Notes: generated by a model not told the origin, from the letters alone. 64,000 bases of DNA from Deltaproteobacteria bacterium (GCA_021162935.1 JAGGXR010000112.1:997-64996), one strand, 5' to 3'. Shown: positions 38,701 through 48,010, numbered from the stretch's first letter. Numbers and translations: made by a program.

Positions 38701-40821
38701 CTCGATGGCCTGGCGATAATTTCGGATGGCCCCATTGATATCCGCCATTTTCGTTTCCAGAAGCTGCCCCATTCTATAAAGAACGTCGGCCACATCCTGA
38801 TTCGCACGGCAGGTCTTGCGCTGCAGATGATACACCTCGACCAGCTCTTCCCATCGTCCCTGCCGATGCAGGAGGCGGCCGAGACCCGAAAGCGCATCCA
38901 GATACCCAGAGTTTACCTCCAAAACCCTTCGATACAACGTCTTGGCCGTTTCTTCGTCCTCCAGATTCCCATCGGCAATCGCAGCAGCCTGAGACAGAAG
39001 TGAACACTTCTCTTCGACGTCTTTAGTCAGACCCTCCTGTGCCACAAGCACGGCCACGAGATCTTTCCAGCGGCCTAGACGCTCGTAGAGCCTGGCGAGA
39101 CCCATCAAGGATTCACGGTGGGCAAGCATCTTGGGTTGGACCGTGGTCAGAAGGTCGGTCAAGCCAGACAGGAGCTGAACGGCTTCCTCCGGACGATCGA
39201 GCCGCTCTTCCAGAATCCCAGCAAGCCGTTTGGTCAGTGCAATCGTTCTCGCAGGATCGGTGCAGGCCTGGATTTCGGCTCGAAGCACTTCAGAAAGACG
39301 ATCCCATTCTTCGCGCATCGTAAACAGTCTATCGAGGGAACGAAACGCACGACCGCGCCCCTGCTCCAGAGCATGCGCCAACAAGTACAGGTGAATGGCG
39401 CGATCCGTCTTTTCGAGCCGATATTCCATCAGGTCGGCAAGCTCCAAAGCCACCGCCGCCCGCTGCCTAGAGTCCTCGAGGACCTGGACCTCCACCTCAA
39501 GCAAAGCGACCAGCGCCGACCAATCCTGCTGCTGGCGATAATGCTTGGCAAGGGCCCGCCGGGCCGGGAAGTCTCCTGGCCACACATTGAGCGCTTTTCG
39601 ATATGCCTCAATGGCACCAGCCGCATCCCCCTGTCGATTCTGTCGGATGGCCCCGACCTTGTAGTACAACGTCGCAACATCCCTTGCGGCGCCCGACGCC
39701 TCGATCTGCACCACCAATCGGTCCAGAACCGACGCCAAAGCCTGCCACTTGCCCGCCTGCTCGTAGAGAGCAACGAGTTCCCACAGAGGTAATTGCACAT
39801 CGGGACGAAGCGCCGACGCCTGTTCAAGGAGTTCGGCACTGCGATCCACGTCCTGGAGCTTCGTCCAGGCAAGCCAACCGGCCAGGAACCGATTCGCAAA
39901 ATTCAGCTCCATGTCACCACAAAGATCGGCCTCTTGGACCAAGACGTCAATCAGATCGCCCCATCGTTGTTGCTGATGCAGCAGACGCTCCAGGGACATC
40001 CTGGCGCCCTCGTTGTGGGGATTCGCCTTGACCGCTTGCAGGAAGAGCTCCGTCGCCTGATCCTGATTCTTGAGCCGATCCAGGGTAACGAACCCGGCCT
40101 CCCCGATGAGGGCTGATCGAAAATCTGGATCCGCCGTGACGGATGCCGCCTGGAGCAAAGCCTTGACCCTCGCTTTATGGTCGTATCCTTTCGAATGGAG
40201 TTCCACGAGGGAAAAATTGGTGGCTTGATAGGCACCATCGAGCTTGAGCGCCTTGGAAAATGCCAGCCCGGCACGTTTCACATCCGCCCGCTGATCGGCG
40301 TAGATCCTTCCGGCCCACTCCCAAAGGACCGCTCTGGAAGACTCTTCATCCGTCGCCTTGATTTCTGCTTCGATGGTCGCAACCACATCCCCCCATGCCC
40401 CCATGAGAACGTAACGCCGTCGGAGCGCCTCGGTGACCAGCACAAGCCCCGACAAAGAGGCCTTCTTGTACTGGGCCTGCGCCGAAGCCCCATCCCGAAA
40501 AACCTCCTCATCCAGACGCCCGATCTCATAGAGCAGCCGGGCGCTTCGCCGGACCTCTCCCTTTGGCTGAACGGTCAACTCGCTAACGTAGCTCTCCCGC
40601 AGGGCAGCCCAGACACTCAAGTCGAACCCGTTACCGTCCTGATCGTCGCCAATTTCCACGATCTGCGAGTCACTCAGTTCGAAAATCGAGGAAACATCCC
40701 CTCGCTCTTCATTTTCTGGTTCCTCCCCAACGGACGGAAGCCGAGGTTCGGGATCCGACTTCTGCTTGTTCGGACCCAATGCCTTGGTCTTCTTGCTTTC
40801 ACTCTTCTTCTTTGTGCCCAC
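35707..40821 (-). CDS. Giant (1704 aa) TPR protein resembling myxobacterial AgmK-type gliding-associated proteins
   Basis: Dense TPR-like repeats (A...Y..AL..P); conserved-looking C-terminal domain RVGLCACGDL...LLLYNIG...RARE. Confidence 0.75.
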   Translation of the reverse strand: MGTKKKSESKKTKALGPNKQKSDPEPRLPSVGEEPENEERGDVSSIFELSDSQIVEIGDDQDGNGFDLSVWAALRESYVSELTVQPKGEVRRSARLLYEIGRLDEEVFRDGASAQAQYKKASLSGLVLVTEALRRRYVLMGAWGDVVATIEAEIKATDEESSRAVLWEWAGRIYADQRADVKRAGLAFSKALKLDGAYQATNFSLVELHSKGYDHKARVKALLQAASVTADPDFRSALIGEAGFVTLDRLKNQDQATELFLQAVKANPHNEGARMSLERLLHQQQRWGDLIDVLVQEADLCGDMELNFANRFLAGWLAWTKLQDVDRSAELLEQASALRPDVQLPLWELVALYEQAGKWQALASVLDRLVVQIEASGAARDVATLYYKVGAIRQNRQGDAAGAIEAYRKALNVWPGDFPARRALAKHYRQQQDWSALVALLEVEVQVLEDSRQRAAVALELADLMEYRLEKTDRAIHLYLLAHALEQGRGRAFRSLDRLFTMREEWDRLSEVLRAEIQACTDPARTIALTKRLAGILEERLDRPEEAVQLLSGLTDLLTTVQPKMLAHRESLMGLARLYERLGRWKDLVAVLVAQEGLTKDVEEKCSLLSQAAAIADGNLEDEETAKTLYRRVLEVNSGYLDALSGLGRLLHRQGRWEELVEVYHLQRKTCRANQDVADVLYRMGQLLETKMADINGAIRNYRQAIEAESDHVPAQDALGDLLVRSERWEDYIEFLDHLAEGADPSRHAVSSLRATLILADRLSRPEGAAKRFESVLSVPAVADVALLAWERVLAQRGDWEGLAAVLEKQLEIGAWDAVRTGLRLSVLSRYLRPDKERALKDLAEVLALEPTNREALLSEQELLRKGAPPDRLAAAVISLADALSDRATAVALLKQKIAWVGQDGSEAGGEAAVARRILDAVPSDREALETLDRLAVEAGNDEALVDVCRMEIAHLKRGAEDAGAAYVRLGDILWRLGRLDEAAMAFERARTVHGDDLPAVRSLRMVRQLQGKQKDVAELLLEESCLCGDEKAAMDALMRAGDIWLIEFVDPAKAEEAYQKVFEMNPGHDVAFGRLTSLLSSRDAYQELTDLYRRRIAHIEAAARPDLMIELARVLMEHLEDNPGASSVLEEVLSLRPDDKKALEALAVLYPSTRRWREAARVIERLAEISRSDAEVVDYLLRLAEIEKDHLHEAQKAIEVTEKVLERDSENRQAREMLVDLALKLGQWEQAATGLADLAESSVPAQRAAWLIKLADVTSRGLAKPDEAQEYLVRAAALCLLAPEAIEELDRFFDERNDPAGYDALLGRVLEEATSDRPGSTALRLARARNLSRRLLKPELAETEVQKALAEDPESVEARLESAALHLWADRDGMALAEYKGVLKRDPVRYEAYRGLCQVFDKRGEVDRAHCAAQVLCVFDQATEEEEAAAEKAAVAMENAAPLPGSLRPDVIVELMSPEAEPMAARNLLFAVAPYLHGMFSRRLAGREMGDMDEIRPDHPWYQIASDAALRVGLDRFEILVDRSLGHRSVVIPGNTPALVLGEKLMEMAQPRTFGFLVGRAWAQAVTGSAFLEWADLHELELVLAGIVSQFDREFGQDLASRSDLAERGKAFMKQVPRRVRKSIEEPALVYAQAGAVGMATWQEAARTTAVRVGLCACGDLRGAAEVLRAEKADDDVLTGLLLYNIGSRLVRAREACGAVVAR

Positions 40822-41028
40822 GGCTCACCCTCTCGATGTCAGCAGATCACTAGAACTGTTCAACCAGCCAGGAAGGTACCTCGAAACGAAGGCTAGATCC
40901 AGTTTCTCTTCTGCCCCCCCTCACATCACAGATTCCTGTAACACCCGATGATCGCGGTGCCCCCGGTATGGGAAACGCCCTGTTCTTCCGGTCGGTCGAC
41001 GCCGACCACCTTTGCCGCGATGATTCCC

Positions 41029-42135
41029 CTATACGCCCCAGACACGACGCAAGGCGGTCAGCACCAAATCCGGCGCCACTTCCACCGACCACTCGCCATT
41101 TCCGGAACACATACGCCCCACAGCTTCTGGAAGCGCCATCCGAATCTTTCCCCCAAACGCCTTCTTGTCCCAGCTCATAACATGGACGAGTCGATCGGGG
41201 TCTGGGAACGTCGGCACATGCCAAATCCCGACTTCACGCAGAACCCCGAGCAACACATCCCGGTCGTCTGCGGCCAGCAGGCCGAGCAGGAACGCCACCT
41301 CCGCCTCCACCGCCATCCCGGCAGCGACGGCCTTTCCGTGGCTCAACCGCCACCCCGCTTGTTGTTCGAGGGCATGGGCGACGGTGTGGCCGAAGTTCAG
41401 CACTCGCCGCACCCCTTGTTCCGTCGTGTCCTGGGACACGACTGCCGCCTTGATTTCTATGGACCGGCAGACCGCCTCACAGCAGATGTCGGGCTCACCC
41501 CGCCACAAAGCCGCCGCCTTCTGCTTGAGAAAGGAGAGGTACCCAGCATCTGCGACCACTGCATGCTTGACCATCTCCGCCAGGCCACACCACGTTTCTT
41601 CTCGGGGCAGGGTCGCAAGGCTCGCCAGATCCACAAAGACCATGGACGGCTGATGGAAGGCTCCGACCAGATTCTTGCCTGCCGCCGTATCCACAGCCGT
41701 TTTACCTCCGACCGTGGCGTCCACCATGGCAAGAAGGCTCGTAGGCATGTTCACATACGGAACCCCTCGCATGTAGGTTGCGGCCACGAATCCGGCGAGA
41801 TCCGACGTCACCCCGCCGCCAAGGGCGAGCACTACCGTATCCCGGCCCAGGCCTTCGGCGAGCATCCTGTCCTCGATACCGACTTTTGTCCGCCGGGTCT
41901 TGCTCCTCTCCCCTGCAGGGAATGTCACTTTAACCGGTGCACGCCCGGTCCGCTCCAGCGCCCCTACCAATGACGGGCCATACAGGTCGAAGACAGTCCG
42001 ATCCGCAATGAGGCAGACGCGCCCGGGCGGAATGGTGGCCACCGCACGAGCCCACAGACCGACCCCGACGACCACCGGATAGGAAGGGCCTTTTTGGGGA
42101 GAAACGATGATCTCACGACAGGAATTCACAAGCAA
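41029..42135 (-). CDS. aroB: 3-dehydroquinate synthase
   Basis: GERSK, ALGGGVTSDLAGFVAATYMRG, PTSLLAMVDATVGGKT, GKNLVGAFHQP, LNFGHT...HG.AV. Exact start uncertain. Confidence 0.95.
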   Translation of the reverse strand: MLVNSCREIIVSPQKGPSYPVVVGVGLWARAVATIPPGRVCLIADRTVFDLYGPSLVGALERTGRAPVKVTFPAGERSKTRRTKVGIEDRMLAEGLGRDTVVLALGGGVTSDLAGFVAATYMRGVPYVNMPTSLLAMVDATVGGKTAVDTAAGKNLVGAFHQPSMVFVDLASLATLPREETWCGLAEMVKHAVVADAGYLSFLKQKAAALWRGEPDICCEAVCRSIEIKAAVVSQDTTEQGVRRVLNFGHTVAHALEQQAGWRLSHGKAVAAGMAVEAEVAFLLGLLAADDRDVLLGVLREVGIWHVPTFPDPDRLVHVMSWDKKAFGGKIRMALPEAVGRMCSGNGEWSVEVAPDLVLTALRRVWGV

Positions 42136-42141
42136 AATCGG

Positions 42142-44382
42142 TCAGCTTTCGGAGGTTTCTTCCTTGTCCGACTCCGTCGCGCCCTCGGCTTTGTCGTCAG
42201 CCTTCACGGTCGCCGTGGCACCAAGAGATTGCGCCACCAATTCGGCGATATCCAAAACCTGGACGGCGTCCTCCTTGTCGAGGCTTTTGAGTCCGTCCGA
42301 AATCATCGTCATACAGAACGGACAGGCCACGGCCACCACGTCTGCTCCAGATTCCACGATCTCTTTGGCGCGATCTTCGTTGATCCGCGGAGAATCCTCC
42401 TCCATCCAGAAACGGCCGCCGCCAGCACCGCAGCAGAAGCTGCGAGAGCCATGCCTGGGCAGTTCCACGAAACCCTGCGAGCCAGCAACGGATCGCGCGA
42501 TGACGCGAGGCTCGTCATAGATGCCGTTCCAACGGCCGAGGTAGCAGGAATCATGGATCGTCATCTTCTTGCCCACGGAGGTGTCCACCTTGAGCCGACC
42601 CTGCGCCATGAGGTCCACGATAAACTGGCTGAGATGCAGCACTTCGAAATCCCCGCCGAACTGTGGATACTCGTTCTTAAACGTATGGTATCCATGGGGA
42701 CAGCCGGTGATCAGTTTTTTCACCTTGTACTCTTTGAGGGTCTCGACGTTCTGATCGGCCAGCATCTGGAACAGGTACTCGTTGCCGCCCCTCCGCGCCG
42801 AATCCCCGCAGCAGACCTCTTCTGGGCCCAGTACGGCGAAGTTCACCTTGGCTGCCTTGAGCACGTCTATCGCGGCCTTGGCCTGCTTCTGTGCCCTCAT
42901 ATCATAGTTACCCGCACAGCCGATAAACAGGCAGTACTCCACCGACTCTGGATCGTCCAGCTCCCCAAACACGGGAACGTCCAAACCTTCGGCCCAGTCG
43001 AACCGACTGTCCGAGCCAAGCCCCCAGGGGTTGCCGTTTCGTTCCATCCCCTGGAAGGCATTCGCCAATTCGGCAGGAACTCTGTTTTCCTGTGCCAAGA
43101 CGAGATTTGTCCGCATCCGCAAAATGGCGTTCGGGTGGTCGATGAAGACCGGACAAACCTCCTGGCATGCACCACAGGTCGTGCAGAACCACAGGGTTTC
43201 GTCGGCAATGCGGCCCTTGGTCGGGTCCTCGATCGCCCCTTTTTGGACCATCGGCGGCAGTTCGTCGATCTTCTTCTGGATCGCCTCGGCCTCTTTCTCG
43301 TCCTTGGCGGCCTTCTTCTTGAGCATCAGCGCGCCCTTTTCGAGCATCTCGTACCGAATGTCGTGCATGAGCACCATGGGAGAAAGCGGCTTGTCCGTCA
43401 GGTTGGCGGGGCAGTGGTTCGTGCAACGGCCGCATTCCGTGCAGGAATAGGTGTCGAGCAGTTCCTTCCAGGTAAACTGCTCATAACGCTCCACGCCCCA
43501 GGCCGGTTCTTCGTCTTCGTCCTCGTCCTCGTCCCCTTCCAGGTCGATCTTGGGCATAACGCCCCGTTGCCCCAGCTTTCTAAAGAAAATGTTCGCCCAG
43601 GCCCCCAGGAGATGGATATGCTTCGAATAGGGCAAGTAATTCAGGAAAAAGAGCACGATGAGGAGGTGGATCCACCAATTGACCTTGACCACAACGAAAG
43701 CAGTGTTCGGTTTGAGCTTTGGCAAGACATAGGACAAATAGTCCGAAATCGGGGCTTCTCGCCCAATGTTCGCGATATTCTCAGAAGAGGCTGACTTGGC
43801 CGACTGAACCATTGCTGCTGTGACGGCTCGTTGTTTCACCTCGGACCGGCTGCGCTCACGCTGAATCGTATAGGCCTGCATGGTGTGATAGGTGAGCGTC
43901 AGGGCCGCAATCATCCCAAGGATGAGGGACGCATCGAAGTTGAGCGGGATCAGCCGCGGCTTAATGAAGATGCGCCGGAGAAATGCATAGACAATCACAA
44001 AGAAAACAACGAAGTTCGTCAGGTCCACAACGATCCGGAACCACCGGTAGAGCAAGGTTCCAAGAATATACTTGTACGGGTCCTGGAGACCGGACACCCC
44101 TGTGATGATCATCTCCAGGGTCTCTGCCGAGATGATCAGAAAGCCCCAGAAAATGAGCGGATGATGGAAGCTATTCTTGACCGGATACCCTTTGCTGGGT
44201 ATGTCCGCAACCTTCCTTTGGAAAAGGAAGTACTTGATGAACCCCCAAAATCGGGTTCCCAAATGGTCGAACCTGTTTTCGGGCTGGCCGAAGAGCATGT
44301 CCCGGACAAACCGCTGAACGCTCCAGCCAAAGATGCCAAACGCCAAGAGCACCAAAGCAGAAAAAACAATCTGTGAAACCAT
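42142..44382 (-). CDS. Membrane-bound Fe-S oxidoreductase (FadF / ETF:menaquinone oxidoreductase-like; cytochrome b-like TM domain, 2x[4Fe-4S], 2 CCG domains)
   Basis: CTECGRCTNHCP, CTTCGACQEVCP, EVCCGD, HDSCYLGR, FCCGAGGG, ACPFC; His-containing TM helices. Confidence 0.9.
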   Translation of the reverse strand: MVSQIVFSALVLLAFGIFGWSVQRFVRDMLFGQPENRFDHLGTRFWGFIKYFLFQRKVADIPSKGYPVKNSFHHPLIFWGFLIISAETLEMIITGVSGLQDPYKYILGTLLYRWFRIVVDLTNFVVFFVIVYAFLRRIFIKPRLIPLNFDASLILGMIAALTLTYHTMQAYTIQRERSRSEVKQRAVTAAMVQSAKSASSENIANIGREAPISDYLSYVLPKLKPNTAFVVVKVNWWIHLLIVLFFLNYLPYSKHIHLLGAWANIFFRKLGQRGVMPKIDLEGDEDEDEDEEPAWGVERYEQFTWKELLDTYSCTECGRCTNHCPANLTDKPLSPMVLMHDIRYEMLEKGALMLKKKAAKDEKEAEAIQKKIDELPPMVQKGAIEDPTKGRIADETLWFCTTCGACQEVCPVFIDHPNAILRMRTNLVLAQENRVPAELANAFQGMERNGNPWGLGSDSRFDWAEGLDVPVFGELDDPESVEYCLFIGCAGNYDMRAQKQAKAAIDVLKAAKVNFAVLGPEEVCCGDSARRGGNEYLFQMLADQNVETLKEYKVKKLITGCPHGYHTFKNEYPQFGGDFEVLHLSQFIVDLMAQGRLKVDTSVGKKMTIHDSCYLGRWNGIYDEPRVIARSVAGSQGFVELPRHGSRSFCCGAGGGRFWMEEDSPRINEDRAKEIVESGADVVAVACPFCMTMISDGLKSLDKEDAVQVLDIAELVAQSLGATATVKADDKAEGATESDKEETSES

Positions 44383-44616
44383 GGCTTCTACCACCTCCGT
44401 GCATGAATCAACTTCTGCCCCGATGGGCCGGGACCGCGACACGGCCCCCCGCGCCCCAAACGCGCCATATGTATCACGGGGCCAGGGTCGCTCCAAACAA
44501 AACGAGACGTATCAGAAAAAAAACAGCCGCCAGAAAGCGTTTCCGCTCAATGCCGACCATCCTGACAGACGATCTCGGCATCTACTCCCACGGCTCCTTA
44601 CATTCCGAATCACCAT

Positions 44617-44691
44617 TTTTTCGACTTTTTTGCATGATTTTTCGACTTTTTTGCATGATGTAGTATAGTGTTGCACATGTAGTACGCGTAC
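44617..44691. promoter_or_regulatory. Divergent promoter region with a perfect 21-bp direct repeat, phased T-tracts and a 10-bp palindrome
   Basis: TTTTTCGACTTTTTTGCATGA at 44617-44637 and 44638-44658; ATGTAGTA at 44658 and 44677; TATAGT at 44664; GTACGCGTAC at 44682-44691. Confidence 0.7.
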
Positions 44692-44812
44692 AACTCGAAC
44701 AGGAAACTTCAACCCGTGTGGGGCCGCCGTCGCCCTGCGCCAACAACGGCACGTGGAGGATTCCGTGGACAGGAACAAAAAGAACCGGCCAGGGGTAGAC
44801 GACCGGAAACCC

Positions 44813-45253
44813 ATGGCTCGCGTCGTTCGAATTCCTTTGTTTCGACGAAAAATCGTCGAAACCCTCAACCTGGCCGCCATGGAAGTTCTCCTGGCTGGTG
44901 CCCGCAAATTGAGCGAAGGACAACTCGCACAGCCTCGAAACGGCCCTCTGCGCTACGATGGCAGCACCATGCTGACCATCGACCTGCGCCAAGCGGAGCC
45001 GTTCGTCAGAAACCCCCTCGATGCAGCAACGGCCATCGAGCTTGCGCATCGCTGCATCTCGGAACCCGCGCTCCTTTCCGCCCTCAAGCAGATCGCTCAG
45101 ACCGAGGCCGAACGGCTGGCGGGCAGGCGTCTTTCTTCTGTCGAGATCGAGATCAAGACCCATGCCCAAAAGGAGCAGATCCTCATCGACCTGGACGTGG
45201 AGGCTACCGTAGCCTCACGACTGCACGCGACTTCTCCCCGCAGACGCCGCTGA
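44813..45253 (+). CDS. Hypothetical protein
   Basis: Clean ORF with typical codon usage; start uncertain (GTG 44753 or ATG 44813). Confidence 0.7.
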   Translation: MARVVRIPLFRRKIVETLNLAAMEVLLAGARKLSEGQLAQPRNGPLRYDGSTMLTIDLRQAEPFVRNPLDAATAIELAHRCISEPALLSALKQIAQTEAERLAGRRLSSVEIEIKTHAQKEQILIDLDVEATVASRLHATSPRRRR

Positions 45254-45309
45254 CCCGAAGCGAACGCCGCGGCTCCAGCCAGGTGCCGCGCTGCCTGCAA
45301 ACGCAGGCC

Positions 45310-45338
45310 TTGTCAACCATGCTGCCCTGAGCTACACT
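45310..45338 (+). promoter_or_regulatory. Candidate sigma70 promoter for the MerR-TPR gene
   Basis: TTGTCA (45310-45315), N17, TACACT (45333-45338). Confidence 0.5.
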
Positions 45339-45419
45339 CGATTTCCAATGAAACGGGAGGTTTTCGCCTCGGCGCGAACAGATCCGAGTCCCGCGGCTCG
45401 GTCGGTCCAATGAGAAACC

Positions 45420-46382
45420 ATGGCCAAACAGGACAACGAACCGACGAACCTCTACTCGGTGCGAGACGTTGCTCGGATCTTCGGGCTCACGGTCAGCCGC
45501 CTCCGCTATTGGGCCCAAACAGGATTCATCAATCCATCGATCCGAAACGGCAATCGAAGTTTCTATACGTTCCAGGATCTCATCGGAATCAAGACCGCCG
45601 TCGAACTCATTGAAAGCGGGTTGAGCCTCCAAAAGGTCCGTAAAAATCTCTCTGCCTTGCGTCAGGGGCTGCCGACCGTAGACAAACCGCTCAGTCGACT
45701 CAGAATTCGTTCCGACGGAGAACGGGTCACTGTGGTGTCCGACGACGTGGCGTTCGAGCCCGAGACCAAACAGGTGCTCCTCGACTTTAGTACCGGGCAC
45801 CTCAAAGACGAAGTGGTGCAACTCTTGGATCTCGGTCGACCGATTCGGGACCGGCTCGTGCCGCAGCCCGAAGATGTGCAGCCGCCCGAAACCTTCGACC
45901 AGCCACCACGCCAATCCGCCTATCGTTGGTTCTCCGAAGGCCTCGCCGCCGACCAGGACGATGACACGCTCGATCGCGCCGCTGACGCCTACCGACGATG
46001 TCTCGATCTCGATCCCTCCATGGCCGCGGCCCACACGAACCTCGGCAACATCTATTACCGAACAGGCCGCACCGCCGATGCACGCGCGCACTATGAACGT
46101 GCGATTGCCCTGGACCCCGACCAGCCCGAAGCCCGGTACAACCTGGCCAATATCCATGATCGAGAAGGAAACACCGATCTGGCCATCGCCGAGTACCGAC
46201 GGGTCGTGGCCACCTGCCCCGAGTTTCCCGATGCCCATTTCAATCTAGCATTGACCTTGGAACGCGTTGGCAGCCGCGTCCAGGCACGAGAGCATTTCGA
46301 GCGATACATTGCCTTGGATCCCGACGAAGACGGCCTATGGGTCAAACTCGCCAAGAGCCATCTCCGCCAGATGGAGGAGTGA
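45420..46382 (+). CDS. MerR-type HTH plus TPR-repeat protein
   Basis: YSVRDVARIFGLTVSRLRYW...FYTFQDL (MerR HTH); TPRs AAHTNLGNIYY, EARYNLANI, DAHFNLALTL. Confidence 0.88.
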   Translation: MAKQDNEPTNLYSVRDVARIFGLTVSRLRYWAQTGFINPSIRNGNRSFYTFQDLIGIKTAVELIESGLSLQKVRKNLSALRQGLPTVDKPLSRLRIRSDGERVTVVSDDVAFEPETKQVLLDFSTGHLKDEVVQLLDLGRPIRDRLVPQPEDVQPPETFDQPPRQSAYRWFSEGLAADQDDDTLDRAADAYRRCLDLDPSMAAAHTNLGNIYYRTGRTADARAHYERAIALDPDQPEARYNLANIHDREGNTDLAIAEYRRVVATCPEFPDAHFNLALTLERVGSRVQAREHFERYIALDPDEDGLWVKLAKSHLRQMEE

Positions 46383-46460
46383 TGGCCAACCACATCGGGC
46401 AACTCCTGTCCCAAACCGGATCGGCCCAGAAAAAACTCGGCCGGCACATCGAGTCGTGAG

Positions 46461-47882
46461 ATGACGCAAAACAAAGGCATCCAAACCGAGCCTATCGGCG
46501 GCCGATGGGAGGGGGGCAAGCGCGGCAAGCGACCCAAGTTCGAAACCACCAAGGCCCTCCACCGCCATCCGTTTACCCTGTCGGGGCTCCCGCTGGATAT
46601 CTTGGCTCTCTTGGGCACTGTCTTCCTGTTCCTGGTCGGGTTCATCGTCATCACATCTTACATGGCTGCGGGTCTTGGCGAGGGTTGGCTGCTTGGATCT
46701 TCCGCGTTGCTCGTGGCCGTCGGCATCCCCGTGGCTCTCGCTGTTTGGGCCGTCCGGCCCATGTCCGGTCGGCGGGCCTTCCATTGGTGGCTCGCTGTTT
46801 TTGCGGCTCCGTTCTTGCTTGCCTCGGTTGGCCTGAGCCTGGCCGTGCCCCAACGGACCGCACGCATGGTCCGCTGGCACGGCCCTTGGCCTGCTCGCCT
46901 CTTGTTCGGATCGGAATCATCCCAAGCACAAGGACTCGAAACGGTAACCGATCAGTTGTCCGTCATACTCTCCGGATTCAAGACAACGCCCCAAAATAAG
47001 AAAAACGACGACGGGAAAAACGACCAAATCCACCCCCCAGAAGTCACCCAACTCGCCAACATGGGCAGAACCTGGTATCGCCCCTCCGCAACGAGCCTTC
47101 CCGAAGATCTTGGACGGGACCGTCGCCACGAAACCAACCTCGTCAAAAAACAGGGTGCGTGGCTCGTTCGGGCCAAGTTCGGGCCACATGGTCGCCAGGC
47201 CATCCTCCTCCTGGATCCTCGAGCCACGAGAACCATCCTGTCCCAGGAAGCAGCTACTCGGCTGGGCATCTCCGTACTCGCCCAGGCGCCGTCCGTACCA
47301 ACGGGGCTTCCAAACGACGACCGAAAACACCCAGTGGTCGTAGTCCCTTGGCTCTCAGTGGGCTCCGCGCGGGTCTCGCAGATCGCCGTCGCGCTTTGTT
47401 CCTCCTGCGTCCACGAGGGAATGTCTGGCCGACTTGGTGCAAATTTCTTCGCACATTTTCGTGCATCTATCGACAGCCGCAACAGCCGTCTCCGCCTGGT
47501 CCCCAAGCACGTGACAAGCCGGCCCGAAGACGTCGATCCCTTTGTCGTGGTGGTGCTCGACGCCAAGCACAGAAGCGACGACCACCTCACCTTGACCATC
47601 ACCCTTTCGACCTTGAAACCCGTCAGCAAACTGCGTATCGAGGCACTTCTGCAGGACGGACAGGACCGGGTCGCTGGCGTCCTGTCAAAGACCATCGAGC
47701 GCCTGGACCCTGGACGACCACAAAAGGTGGAGATTTCGGGCTCCATCCCGGAGGCCGCAGAATCCTTCGCCCTGCGCGTATCAAAAGGATCCTGGGCCAC
47801 ACGCCGGCCCCTTCGAAACCACCACCACCGCCGCCGCCGCCGACACCACGGCGTGCGGCCCACGCCTTCGACCACGCGGTAG
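46461..47882 (+). CDS. Membrane-anchored retropepsin-like (aspartyl protease fold) protein with a degenerate active site
   Basis: N-terminal TMs; LLLDPRATRTILS...LGI and GRLGANFF correspond to the DTGA...LG and GLLG.DFL retropepsin motifs. Confidence 0.7.
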   Translation: MTQNKGIQTEPIGGRWEGGKRGKRPKFETTKALHRHPFTLSGLPLDILALLGTVFLFLVGFIVITSYMAAGLGEGWLLGSSALLVAVGIPVALAVWAVRPMSGRRAFHWWLAVFAAPFLLASVGLSLAVPQRTARMVRWHGPWPARLLFGSESSQAQGLETVTDQLSVILSGFKTTPQNKKNDDGKNDQIHPPEVTQLANMGRTWYRPSATSLPEDLGRDRRHETNLVKKQGAWLVRAKFGPHGRQAILLLDPRATRTILSQEAATRLGISVLAQAPSVPTGLPNDDRKHPVVVVPWLSVGSARVSQIAVALCSSCVHEGMSGRLGANFFAHFRASIDSRNSRLRLVPKHVTSRPEDVDPFVVVVLDAKHRSDDHLTLTITLSTLKPVSKLRIEALLQDGQDRVAGVLSKTIERLDPGRPQKVEISGSIPEAAESFALRVSKGSWATRRPLRNHHHRRRRRHHGVRPTPSTTR

Positions 47883-48010
47883 ACCACGAAGCAGGAACGC
47901 TCAGGTCCTACCCAAACCTCCTCTGCCGAACCCTGGATGACACCGCTCGAACAACAAGGCTCGGATGCTCACGGCCCCGCGTTTCCATTGGTTGGTCGAA
48001 CAAACCGAAC

